DNA of 37,619 bases, taken from NCBI GenBank assembly GCA_964524735.1, contig CAZGCV010000003.1, positions 7,637-45,255 of the forward strand, given 5' to 3'. Shown one piece after another: positions 1 to 8,130 of this stretch. A model generated the notes under the pieces. The model worked only from the letters and a program-made list of their open reading frames with translations. It had not been told where the DNA came from and made no database searches. Source of the DNA: an uncultured Candidatus Saccharibacteria bacterium. GTDB taxonomy: Bacteria; Patescibacteriota; Doudnabacteria; UBA920. The first letter of the stretch is position 1, and every line of letters begins with the position of its first letter. Both the position numbers and the translations under genes were made by a program.

Positions 1-365
1 GAGGGGCTTTTAACCTCATAGGCGTCCTTCTCTGATTTGATTGTTGGGTTTCTTTCTAGCTCGCTCATTTTAGCAAACATAGAGATTAGAACCGTAAGCT
101 GGTATAGTTCAGGTATCCTAGATTGGACATAGATCGTGTTTTCGGGTTTTAATCCGAGAGCAAGAAGATCCAAAATCATCTCTCGTATGTTACTCTCTGT
201 TTTTCCGGAATCAGGCAGATGATCTGTAAATACTTGCATATCTGCTATTAGGAAAAAGTATTCGTGAGTATCCTGAAGACCTAAATTATCCATGAACATT
301 CCAACGTAATGACCGAGATGTAGACGACCGGTTGGTCGTGCGCCTGTAATTAGCCTTTTCTGCAT
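1..365 (-). CDS. trpS: tryptophanyl-tRNA synthetase, N-terminal part (gene runs off the left edge)
   Basis: Absent from the ORF track because it is truncated. The reverse complement from the ATG at 365..363 reads MQKRLITGARPTGRLHLGHYVGMFMDNLGLQDTHEYFFLIADMQVFTD... This shows a class-I aaRS HIGH-type motif (PTGRLHLGHY) and the following (F/L)IAD segment typical of TrpRS. A GGAG Shine-Dalgarno lies at 377..380 (minus sense). Confidence 0.7.
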   Translation of the reverse strand, partial: MQKRLITGARPTGRLHLGHYVGMFMDNLGLQDTHEYFFLIADMQVFTDHLPDSGKTESNIREMILDLLALGLKPENTIYVQSRIPELYQLTVLISMFAKMSELERNPTIKSEKDAYEVKSP

Positions 366-436
366 TGTGATAATTTCTCCTTTTGTATTGTTAAGGTGCT
401 ATAAATTCTTAGAAAACACCTAAAAATTATAATTTG

Positions 437-465
437 AAAGTACCACAAAAATGAGGATTAGTCAA
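437..465 (-). promoter_or_regulatory. putative sigma70-type promoter of trpS (TTGACT-17 nt-TACTTT)
   Basis: Minus-strand TTGACT (plus 460..465), 17-nt spacer, TACTTT (plus 437..442), about 70 nt upstream of the trpS ATG. Confidence 0.3.
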
Positions 466-612
466 GTATGAAAGGCTAGAAACTTGAGATTATAGATGCT
501 CGAATTCTTTGTACATATGCAACATATAATAGCTCAATAAAAGAGCTAAAGTTTCAAATATTTTTGGTGCCACGAGTATAATGATATCGTTTGTCAAAAA
601 AATGCATTTTAG

Positions 613-639
613 AAAAACCCCGCTCTATGAGGGGTTTTT
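613..639 (-). terminator. rho-independent terminator hairpin downstream of the receiver gene (T-runs on both sides)
   Basis: AAAAACCCC (613..621) pairs with GGGGTTTTT (631..639). It lies 12 nt past the stop at 651. Confidence 0.6.
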
Positions 640-650
640 GTTTTGCAGAA

Positions 651-1076
651 TTATTTATTACTAGGTTCTACTGTCTTGGCAGGGTTTGCCAGAACATCAT
701 TCACTTTTTTCATAATTTCTTCGGTAGTGAAATAGGCTTTTACCATGTAGGCTTGTACCTTTAAAGCCTTGGTTTTCAGAATGTCTTTGTTGCTCCAAAG
801 GTTAGAAAGTACGATGATTGGCGTATTAGCAACTTTAGGGTCTGGATTACTACGAATTGCTTCTAAAACCTGAAATCCGTCTACTTCGGGGAGCATGAGG
901 TCAAGCAAAACTATATCAGGTTTTTCCTGAATTATTAAATCTATACCTGCTTTTCCGTCATCAGCTTCTTTTACAAGAAATCCGTTTGTACTGAGTTTGT
1001 GAACAACGATTTCGCGCATAGCAACATCATCTTCGACCATTAAAATTTTCTTTTGTATTTGTTGAGCTGTTTCCAT
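651..1076 (-). CDS. stand-alone response regulator receiver (CheY-like)
   Basis: MVEDD acidic pair, phospho-acceptor Asp in IVLLDLMLP, VLSN (T/S position) and VKAY (conserved Lys). At 141 aa it has no output domain. Confidence 0.85.
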   Translation of the reverse strand: METAQQIQKKILMVEDDVAMREIVVHKLSTNGFLVKEADDGKAGIDLIIQEKPDIVLLDLMLPEVDGFQVLEAIRSNPDPKVANTPIIVLSNLWSNKDILKTKALKVQAYMVKAYFTTEEIMKKVNDVLANPAKTVEPSNK

Positions 1077-1119
1077 TTTTGCTCGTTTTTGTTTCGTGTA
1101 ACTTTTTCTTTATGTGGTT

Positions 1120-1128
1120 AGTATATCA
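1120..1128 (-). promoter_or_regulatory. extended -10-like box (TGATATACT) for the receiver gene
   Basis: Reverse complement of 1120..1128 is TGATATACT, 43 nt upstream of the ATG at 1076. Confidence 0.3.
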
Positions 1129-1164
1129 TATTCGCAGTTATGAGCGTGGTTTTGTGGATAACTA

Positions 1165-1173
1165 TGATATAAT
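1165..1173 (+). promoter_or_regulatory. extended -10 box (TGATATAAT) for the EamA-type transporter gene
   Basis: Exact TGnTATAAT at 1165..1173, 39 nt upstream of the ATG at 1213, in the divergent intergenic region. Confidence 0.35.
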
Positions 1174-1212
1174 TAATGAGTAATAATACTCACTGAAACA
1201 AACTAAAATCTC

Positions 1213-2130
1213 ATGAATTGGTTCCTTATTGCTCTGATAAATCCTGTAGTTCACGCTTTTGTAAACCACTTCGATAAATATTTAATTTCAAGATTCTTAA
1301 AAAATGGATCTGTAGGTAGTTTGATACTATTTTCAGCGCTTTTTGCTGTTGTGGCTTTACCTGTAATTTATGTATTTAAACCCGAAGTAATATATTCAGT
1401 AGGCTTTTCTGATGCGCTACTGTTAATGGTTAATGGCGCAATTTTAGTTGGCGCAATTATTTGTTATTTGTATGCACTGGAATCTGACGAAGCTTCTTAT
1501 GTGGCTCCATTTTTTCAGCTTATTCCGGTTTTTGGTTTTATATTTGGATATCTGTTATTGGGAGAAGTGCTAACTGCACGGCAGGTGCTTGCTGGTGCAC
1601 TGATTGTATTAGGAAGCTTGTTTTTATCTTTGGAGTTATCTGGGAACGGCTCACGAATAAAGTTAAAACTTATACTTTTAATGCTTGGGGCATCATTTTT
1701 GTATGCAATTAATGCCGTTATATTTAAATATGTAGCAGTTGATGCAGGATTTTTAGATTCAGTGTTTTGGGATATGGCAGGGAAGTTTATTTTCGGAGTA
1801 ATCTTATTTTTTGCTATTAAGTCTTACCGACAGCAGTTTTTAAGTTTAATTAGAAACAACGGCAAATTTGTTTTTGGATTAAATGTTGTAAATGAAATTC
1901 TTAGTTTGATAGGGGAATTTGCTTTGGTTTTGGCCGTGCTTTACGCTCCTGTAGCTTTAGTTCAATCTGTGGGTGGTTTACAACCTATTTTTGTTTTAAT
2001 AATAGGTATTATTCTTACTAAGTTCTTACCTTCTCTCGGAGAAGAAAACCTGGAGCGAAAATACTTAGTTCAAAAAATTATTGGAATAGTAATAATAACC
2101 TTCGGCGTTTACATGCTGGAGTTGATTTAA
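1213..2130 (+). CDS. EamA/DMT-superfamily permease
   Basis: 305 aa with about 10 hydrophobic helices arranged as two similar halves. Size and topology are typical of EamA-domain transporters. Confidence 0.7.
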   Translation: MNWFLIALINPVVHAFVNHFDKYLISRFLKNGSVGSLILFSALFAVVALPVIYVFKPEVIYSVGFSDALLLMVNGAILVGAIICYLYALESDEASYVAPFFQLIPVFGFIFGYLLLGEVLTARQVLAGALIVLGSLFLSLELSGNGSRIKLKLILLMLGASFLYAINAVIFKYVAVDAGFLDSVFWDMAGKFIFGVILFFAIKSYRQQFLSLIRNNGKFVFGLNVVNEILSLIGEFALVLAVLYAPVALVQSVGGLQPIFVLIIGIILTKFLPSLGEENLERKYLVQKIIGIVIITFGVYMLELI

Positions 2131-2135
2131 AGAAT

Positions 2136-3041
2136 ATGTTGCCAAATTTTCCTGAATTTAAGAAATTAGAACTTTCAGATCAATCTGAAATAGAACAATT
2201 CGCTATTTCATATGACCCTTATTCAGATTTTAATTTTGGTGGATTATGGTCATGGGATACACAGGATATTGTAGAAATTAGTGTTCTAAATAAGAATTTA
2301 GTTCTGAAAATAAATGATCATTTTTCTGATCAAATTTCTTACACTTATTTAGGCAATAATAGATCAAATGAAACTGTTAAAGAACTATTTAACTTGTGTG
2401 TTCAGGAAGGTATAAAGCCAGAGCTGAATTTAGTGCCAGAAATATCATTGGATGGACTCGATTTTAGTCAATTTATGATTGAAATAGATTTAAATAATTG
2501 TGATTACATATACGAAATTTCTGAACTCGCTTCCTACGAAGGAAACAAATTCTCTTCTAAGAGAAAGATAGCAAACAGTTTTACTAGGAAATTTCCAAAT
2601 GTAGAGGTTAGAATTTTAGATATGCAAGAAGATGACATAAAAAGAGATATTCTTCAACTGAATGATTCTTGGTCAGAAAATAAAAGCAAAGGCGATGAGT
2701 ACTTTTTCTTGCATAAAGAAGGGCAGGCTATAAAAAGATTTTTGGACGCTGATTTTAATAATTCTCTCACAGTTGGTGTTTATGTAGAAAATAAGCTCGT
2801 TGGGTTTTCTATTTATAATCTTCATCGGGATGATTTTGCGATATGTCATTTTGCTAAAGCAGATATAAAATATGCAGGAATTTACGAATATATGATGAGA
2901 GAATGTTGTTCTATACTTAAACAGAGAGGATTCAAGAAAATGAATTATGAAGAGGATTTGGGTTTGCCAGGTCTAAGGTATTCTAAAAATTCCTTCAAAC
3001 CTATTGGTTTTCTGAGAAAATATAAAATTAAGTCTCTTTAG
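2136..3041 (+). CDS. DUF2156-like protein (MprF C-terminal / aminoacyl-tRNA-dependent acyltransferase fold)
   Basis: N-terminal FKKLELSDQSEIEQF...SDFNFGGLWSWD and central YIYEISELASYEGNKFSSKRKIANSFTRKFP match, from memory, the DUF2156 pattern (...tnLf.W..., Y.Y....L..l.G.k...KRN..n.F). The gene starts 5 nt after the transporter stop. Confidence 0.45.
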   Translation: MLPNFPEFKKLELSDQSEIEQFAISYDPYSDFNFGGLWSWDTQDIVEISVLNKNLVLKINDHFSDQISYTYLGNNRSNETVKELFNLCVQEGIKPELNLVPEISLDGLDFSQFMIEIDLNNCDYIYEISELASYEGNKFSSKRKIANSFTRKFPNVEVRILDMQEDDIKRDILQLNDSWSENKSKGDEYFFLHKEGQAIKRFLDADFNNSLTVGVYVENKLVGFSIYNLHRDDFAICHFAKADIKYAGIYEYMMRECCSILKQRGFKKMNYEEDLGLPGLRYSKNSFKPIGFLRKYKIKSL

Positions 3042-3054
3042 TTTTAATTTTATT

Positions 3055-3063
3055 TGCTATAAT
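3055..3063 (+). promoter_or_regulatory. extended -10 box (TGCTATAAT)
   Basis: Exact TGnTATAAT, 26 nt upstream of the ATG at 3090. Confidence 0.35.
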
Positions 3064-3089
3064 TAATTTAAATAAGTCGTATTAATATC

Positions 3090-3917
3090 ATGCTTCAATA
3101 TTTATTAGAAGAGTTTAAGCAAAGTAGGGCATTTAAGGTTGTGGTTATTTTGTTTATCGCACTGAGTGCTTGGTGGATTAGTATCTATTTAAGAGGTCTT
3201 ACAGAAAGCCTTGAGAATGATTATTTTACAGTAATATATTGTATCTTTGCATTGTTTGGCGGCATCGCTGGATGGTCATTTGCAAAAAAGTGGGGAGGAT
3301 TAAGAAGCACCTTAGGAAGTTCTATAATTTTATTTACGGTCGGATTGCTTTCCCAATTCATTGGTCAAGTTTTATATAATTCATATATTTATATTCTTGG
3401 AATTGATGTTCCTTACCCATCGATAGGTGATGTAGCTTTTTTTGCTAGTGTAATTTTCTATATTGCGGCGTCTGTGCAATTAGCAAGAGTAGCTGGTATC
3501 AAGTTGTCTACTCAGTCAATCCTAGGGAAGCTAAAAGCTTTTATTATTCCAGTTTTGATTTTAATCGGATCATACTGGGTGTTCTTAAGAGGTTACGAAC
3601 CAGATTGGTCAGATAAGATAGTAATATTTTTAGATTTTGGATTTCCAATAGGACAGGCGATATTTGTATCTATAGCGATTTTGGCGTTGTTGATTTCTAA
3701 GAATATTCTTGGTGGTATGATGCGCAAGCCTATCCTGCTGTTAATTATTGCTTTAATAGTTCAGTATTTGGCTGATTTTTCTTTTTCCTATCAAGTTAGC
3801 AGAGAAACATGGCACGTCGGTGGATCAAATGACTATCTTTTTGCTTTAGCATATTTCCTAATGACTGTTGCACTATTTTCAATCGGCAACATGTTTTATA
3901 AAGTTCAAAAATCATAA
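3090..3917 (+). CDS. polytopic membrane protein, unknown function
   Basis: 275 aa with at least 7 long hydrophobic segments. No recognisable catalytic motif. Confidence 0.6.
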   Translation: MLQYLLEEFKQSRAFKVVVILFIALSAWWISIYLRGLTESLENDYFTVIYCIFALFGGIAGWSFAKKWGGLRSTLGSSIILFTVGLLSQFIGQVLYNSYIYILGIDVPYPSIGDVAFFASVIFYIAASVQLARVAGIKLSTQSILGKLKAFIIPVLILIGSYWVFLRGYEPDWSDKIVIFLDFGFPIGQAIFVSIAILALLISKNILGGMMRKPILLLIIALIVQYLADFSFSYQVSRETWHVGGSNDYLFALAYFLMTVALFSIGNMFYKVQKS

Positions 3918-3921
3918 AGCC

Positions 3922-4215
3922 ATGACTACAACAATGACAATTTTTGATCAAATTTCACTTCGTATAATCAAACAGCAAGAGTTGGTAATCGGGCCAATTG
4001 CTTGGGAAGAGGCTAAAAAAGTTCAGGGCTTTAAAGTTATCGATCAGGCTAAAGGTGAAGTCGCTATTGAAGGGGATGCTCAGGAAATTCTTAACCGCTT
4101 GGTCGCCCAGTATTCTCGTTTATTTGGACGTGTTTCCGAAGAGGTGTGTAAAGAAGCTGTGCAGGATCTTCTCGTTGAACTTCCACAAGGTGATGTTCCA
4201 GCAAGTTTGAAATAA
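3922..4215 (+). CDS. small soluble hypothetical protein (97 aa)
   Basis: The track ORF 3868..4215 overlaps the preceding gene. The first ATG after that gene's stop (3915..3917) is at 3922 (MTTTMTIFDQ...). No TM segment and no known motif. It sits directly upstream of the GAF histidine kinase. Confidence 0.45.
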   Translation: MTTTMTIFDQISLRIIKQQELVIGPIAWEEAKKVQGFKVIDQAKGEVAIEGDAQEILNRLVAQYSRLFGRVSEEVCKEAVQDLLVELPQGDVPASLK

Positions 4216-4259
4216 TCGAAGCGAGAAATAAAATTACAAACAAAAATTAAATTAAAGCT

Positions 4260-5651
4260 ATGTCAGCGGATGACGCTAACAATAGCCATCTTCAAGAAGT
4301 AAACGCGGAAATTTATAAGCGCAACTTGGAGCTGGCTGTTGTAAATAAAACGCTTTCGCTTTTGCGAAAGCTTTATCAAATCAGTCTTCTTTCTCTTGAC
4401 CCTGCAACTTTGTCCGAAAAGGTTTCCGATACTATTCGCGAAGACCTCAATATGGAAGCAGTGGGTGTTTTTTTGTTTGATGAAGAGAAAGATGAATTGC
4501 ATCCATTTAAGTTTTCAAAATCAGGTCGCATTGTAGAAGTGTTGGATAAAGCGTCGGTGACTGTAGATATTAACCCTATAAAAAAAGTTTCTCAGCAGAA
4601 CTTTTTGAAAAAAGTTGTAATAGATCGCCAATCAAATTTAATTTCTGGACCAAAAGAGATTTGGACGAGTATAGCACCTGCAGATAAAGTAGAGCAGTTA
4701 ATACAAGGCTCACATGTTGAAACTGTTTTGTGGTACCCGTTAATCGCTCAAGGCGAGTTGATTGGTGTTTTAGTTTTAGCTTTGAATCGTGGTTACGAAG
4801 CACTGAGTCATTTTGAGCAGGATTCAATTAATAGTTTTATAGATGTAGTAGCAGTTGCTTTAGATAAAGCTTTGCTCTATGAAAAATTGCGTGTTGCAAA
4901 TGAACAGCTTAAGGCGTTAGATAAAGCACGAGCAGAATTTATTTCCATTGCTAGTCATCAGTTGCGTACACCACCAGCAACAATCAAGTGGTATTTAGGT
5001 GCTATCTTAAACGGAGACTTTGGTAATCTTTCTGAAGAGCTTACAGCAGCTTTAAAACGAACCAATGTAACGAATGACGCGCAGATTGCAACTATTGATG
5101 ATCTTCTTAATGCTTCCAGAATTGAACGCGGCAAGCTTGAATTCTTTTTTGAATCAGCTCCGCTTGAGCCTGTTGTTTCAAACTTGGTAGAACAAATGCA
5201 GCCTTTGGCACAAATGAAGAAGATGTCTATTGAGTACCGAAAGCCAAGCGGCGTACTTCCGGATATTTTAATGGATAAAGAAAAAGTTCGTCAGGTTATT
5301 AACAACATGATAGACAATGCGATTAAGTATTCAAAAAGCGGTGTTATTAAAGTTGAGCTTAAACCTGATAGCGAAAACCTAAGCGTGCTAGTCACAGACA
5401 ACGGCAAGGGTATTGCAGCTAAGGAGTTGGGAACAATTTTTGAAAAATACACACGTGGCCATGATTCAGTTACTCATGCCACTGGCCTTGGATTGGGTAT
5501 GTATGTGGCTAAAGTTGTTGTGGAGCAACACAATGGCCTTATATGGGCAGAAAGCCCTGGTATAGGTAAAGGGTCTACCTTTGCATTTTCCCTCCCAATT
5601 AAGAGCAATTTAACGCCTACAACGGTAGACTTAGCAGCTCCGCAGGCTTAA
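4260..5651 (+). CDS. cytoplasmic GAF-domain sensor histidine kinase
   Basis: H-box FISIASHQLRTPP, N-box NNMIDNAIKYS, G1 DNGKGI and G2 GLGLGMY. The N-terminal ~200 aa are GAF-like (WYPLIAQGELIGVLVLA). No TM helices. Confidence 0.85.
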   Translation: MSADDANNSHLQEVNAEIYKRNLELAVVNKTLSLLRKLYQISLLSLDPATLSEKVSDTIREDLNMEAVGVFLFDEEKDELHPFKFSKSGRIVEVLDKASVTVDINPIKKVSQQNFLKKVVIDRQSNLISGPKEIWTSIAPADKVEQLIQGSHVETVLWYPLIAQGELIGVLVLALNRGYEALSHFEQDSINSFIDVVAVALDKALLYEKLRVANEQLKALDKARAEFISIASHQLRTPPATIKWYLGAILNGDFGNLSEELTAALKRTNVTNDAQIATIDDLLNASRIERGKLEFFFESAPLEPVVSNLVEQMQPLAQMKKMSIEYRKPSGVLPDILMDKEKVRQVINNMIDNAIKYSKSGVIKVELKPDSENLSVLVTDNGKGIAAKELGTIFEKYTRGHDSVTHATGLGLGMYVAKVVVEQHNGLIWAESPGIGKGSTFAFSLPIKSNLTPTTVDLAAPQA

Positions 5652-5660
5652 TGTTATAAT
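5652..5660 (+). promoter_or_regulatory. extended -10 box (TGTTATAAT) 6 nt upstream of the mltG ATG; implies a leaderless mRNA
   Basis: TGnTATAAT at 5652..5660, ATG at 5667, no Shine-Dalgarno in between. Confidence 0.4.
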
Positions 5661-5666
5661 TATTTT

Positions 5667-6509
5667 ATGTTTAAACGAATTATTGTTATCGCATTTTTAA
5701 TTGTGCTCCTATTTGGTTCCGTAGGGGCTTTGACTTTGTATCGTAATTATAAAGCTCGCGAAGCAGAGCGTATTGCCCGCATGCAGCAAAAAGCTGAATC
5801 CATTCCAGTAACTTTTATTGAAGGTTGGACTAATAATCAAATTGCAGCAGAACTGGAAAAGAAAGGCTTCTTTTCCAAAAAAGAATTTTTAGACGCACTG
5901 GATAATTTCGATGAGTCTCAATTTCCGCTTTTAGATAGACCAGATGGAAAACGTTTAGAAGGATACCTTTTCCCAGATACTTACGAGTTTTTCAAAAACA
6001 GCACGCCAAATGATGTAATTAAAAAAATGCTTGCTAATTATTCCCAGCGTTTAGCATCAATTGGAATTACAAATTCAGATCAGAAGCATAATGGTTTGAG
6101 TTTATATGAAATTATGACTTTAGCTTCCATTATTGAAAAAGAGAGCGGGGGAAAGGGTTCTACAACAGGCAGTATGACTTTACAGGAAGAACGTAACTTA
6201 GTTGCGAGCGTGTTTTATAATCGTCTAAAAATTGGACAAGGTTTGGAAAGTGATGCCACTGTTAACTATGTAACAGGCAAAGATACTCCTGCTGCATCAG
6301 CGGCAGACTTAAAAGTGGATTCACCTTACAATACATATAAATACGCAGGTCTTCCTCCTGGACCAATTTGTAATCCGTCCTTAGGGAGTATTCGCGCAGC
6401 AATAGACCCAGCTAAAAGTGATTATTATTTCTTTTTACATAAACAGCCATCAGGCGCAGTCGTGTTCAGCAAAACTTTTGATGAGCACGTGAGAAATAAA
6501 TTCCAGTAA
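5667..6509 (+). CDS. mltG: endolytic murein transglycosylase MltG (YceG-like)
   Basis: N-terminal TM anchor, LEGYLFPDTYEF, ASIIEKES and YNTYKYAGLPPGPICNP signatures of the YceG family. Confidence 0.9.
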   Translation: MFKRIIVIAFLIVLLFGSVGALTLYRNYKAREAERIARMQQKAESIPVTFIEGWTNNQIAAELEKKGFFSKKEFLDALDNFDESQFPLLDRPDGKRLEGYLFPDTYEFFKNSTPNDVIKKMLANYSQRLASIGITNSDQKHNGLSLYEIMTLASIIEKESGGKGSTTGSMTLQEERNLVASVFYNRLKIGQGLESDATVNYVTGKDTPAASAADLKVDSPYNTYKYAGLPPGPICNPSLGSIRAAIDPAKSDYYFFLHKQPSGAVVFSKTFDEHVRNKFQ

Positions 6510-6544
6510 ATAAGCCATTTTCATATTTTAATCATATTAATACT

Positions 6545-6550
6545 TATAAT
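6545..6550 (+). promoter_or_regulatory. -10 box (TATAAT) 6 nt upstream of the ATG at 6557
   Basis: TATAAT at 6545..6550, ATG at 6557, no SD. Confidence 0.35.
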
Positions 6551-6556
6551 ATAAGT

Positions 6557-7279
6557 ATGATTAAAACTGGACAGAAGCAAAATCAGCTTCGCATTGTAAT
6601 TACTCGGCATGGGCCCAAGGATGGACTAAACGGCGTTTTGACTCCTCAAGGTAGGGAACTTGTTTTCGCACATTATATTAACTTTACAACTCAAGAGACT
6701 AATGAGTTTAAAAACGGAATTATATTCCAAAGGAAATTGGTCAGCTCCCCAATACGCCGCGCATTGCAAACTGCTAAAATATTTAAAAATGTTTTAGAGT
6801 TAAATTTAGATTCTTCGTTGGAGATAGATATTGAGCGGGATGACAGATTAAGCGAGAAAAATTTAACTGACTTCGTTTTAAATTTACCTCCAGAAAAGAG
6901 AAGCGACTGGTTTAGATATTGGTATTATTCCTCAGACGGTAGTAAAACTATTCGTGCTTTTTGTAATTGGCTTATAGAGCAAATGCAAAACCAGAAACTG
7001 AACCGTTCCAACATTGAGATCAATGCTTTTTCTCATGGTCCGGTTATGGCTGGATTTGTTCTTCGTTTGGAAGATATGCTAGGTAAAAAAATAATCAGCA
7101 ATGAATTATCTTCTAAAGACAGAATGGATTTTGTGAAGCTTTTCGCAGCGCGCAGCAGTTTGTTTAATTATTTAGGGACTTTAGAATTAATTTTCAGATC
7201 AGATAAACCTAATTTTTTTACTTTAAATATTCAAGGGATAGAAATTGAAATCCCAGAAAGCGCACTTATGGACATTTGA
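6557..7279 (+). CDS. histidine phosphatase superfamily protein (phosphoglycerate-mutase-like branch)
   Basis: RHG motif (VITRHGPK), SSPIRRALQTA and a distal SHGPVM histidine. Confidence 0.6.
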   Translation: MIKTGQKQNQLRIVITRHGPKDGLNGVLTPQGRELVFAHYINFTTQETNEFKNGIIFQRKLVSSPIRRALQTAKIFKNVLELNLDSSLEIDIERDDRLSEKNLTDFVLNLPPEKRSDWFRYWYYSSDGSKTIRAFCNWLIEQMQNQKLNRSNIEINAFSHGPVMAGFVLRLEDMLGKKIISNELSSKDRMDFVKLFAARSSLFNYLGTLELIFRSDKPNFFTLNIQGIEIEIPESALMDI

Positions 7280-7348
7280 AAATTTTAAGTTTATGGGATA
7301 TAACTAAAGCATGATGCAGGTACGCATTTAAATTCAAGGAGGTAAATT

Positions 7349-8086
7349 ATGAGTTTAAGGCTTATGCAGGCTCAAAGTTTGACTTTGAATACTGCTTTGG
7401 AAAATCATTGGAATAAGAAATTATCAGGTAAGCGAGCGCTTGCTCCAAGGCAATTGCAGAACAGTATTACTGATGAAGATTATTCCTCTTACAATCTATC
7501 ATTTGATGATTTTTGTTCCGATTACATCCGCCTTGAACTCGAGAATATGTATTCCGAATTAGGTGGAGACTACTTGTATGAGTGTAATGTAAGTGTTCTC
7601 GGTCCTGGGTTAGGAAGAGGTTTGAGATTCATTCCTTATGCGAATCAGATTGGCATGAGAGTTGGACTTTACGATCTTTCTAAAACAGCAATAGATTTGG
7701 CAGATCAAGCTCTTAAATCTATGAACGTTTATAATCATAACTTCACTGAACAAGTAGAACTGACTGGTGAAGATGGACAAGTATCATCAGATACTATGCT
7801 GTTCGTTGTTTCGCAATTTTTACAAATACTTTCTCCTGAAACAATGAATAAAATAATGCAGATGATTGCTCGACAAATGGATAAGGTTCGAACCTGTCGT
7901 TGTATTATTGTCCATCCGTTTGATAATTCAGATGATCCAGGATGGGGAGATACGAATCCCTACACAATGAATCAACTCTTGAGTCCTATGCAAGAAATTG
8001 TTGGATGGATGCCGAAAATCATCCGAGAAGAATCGTTTTTGTATTTCGGAAAACATAATTATAAGGCGTTCACTATAATGCCTTAA
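7349..8086 (+). CDS. hypothetical protein, possibly a class-I SAM-methyltransferase-like fold with a degenerate Gly loop
   Basis: VSVLGPGLGRGL (motif I-like), GLYDLS (acidic end of beta-2) and DTMLFVVSQFLQIL (motif IV-like). Strong SD AAGGAGG lies 7 nt upstream. Confidence 0.35.
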   Translation: MSLRLMQAQSLTLNTALENHWNKKLSGKRALAPRQLQNSITDEDYSSYNLSFDDFCSDYIRLELENMYSELGGDYLYECNVSVLGPGLGRGLRFIPYANQIGMRVGLYDLSKTAIDLADQALKSMNVYNHNFTEQVELTGEDGQVSSDTMLFVVSQFLQILSPETMNKIMQMIARQMDKVRTCRCIIVHPFDNSDDPGWGDTNPYTMNQLLSPMQEIVGWMPKIIREESFLYFGKHNYKAFTIMP

Positions 8087-8094
8087 CAGCTAGC

Positions 8095-8119
8095 CAGGGA
8101 GTTATTAATTAACTCCCTG
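8095..8119 (+). terminator. 10-bp hairpin between 7349..8086 and the GGDEF-EAL gene (terminator or leader structure)
   Basis: CAGGGAGTTA (8095..8104) pairs with TAACTCCCTG (8110..8119). It ends only 11 nt before the ATG at 8131. Confidence 0.4.
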
Positions 8120-8130
8120 CATTTCTTACT

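Noticed and set aside
366-612. Possible T-box riboswitch in the trpS leader. GTGGTAC resembles part of the T-box UGGUACC core, and TGG triplets are present.
   Set aside because: The GTGG-TAC string is better explained as the spacer and -10 of a TTGACT-17-TACTTT promoter. No stem I/specifier architecture, no full T-box 14-mer and no terminator/antiterminator alternative could be drawn by eye. An Infernal scan with RF00230 would settle it.
577-640. Possible ~50-nt plus-strand small RNA: TTCAAA-18-TATAAT at ~553..582, ending at the 613..639 hairpin. It would include a 20-codon ORF (MHFRKTPLYEGFLFCRIIYY).
   Set aside because: The hairpin is fully explained as the terminator of the minus-strand receiver gene. 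The promoter match is modest, and the mini-ORF runs through the hairpin with no SD.
3868-3921. Track start extensions at non-ATG or upstream codons: 3868 for the small ORF, 13827 for the exonuclease-like gene, 34265 for thyA and 36628 for rplA.
   Set aside because: Each extension overlaps the upstream gene or covers the gene's own SD or leader hairpin (e.g. TTGGAGGAAATTATG for thyA). The downstream ATGs give N-termini matching the conserved family starts.
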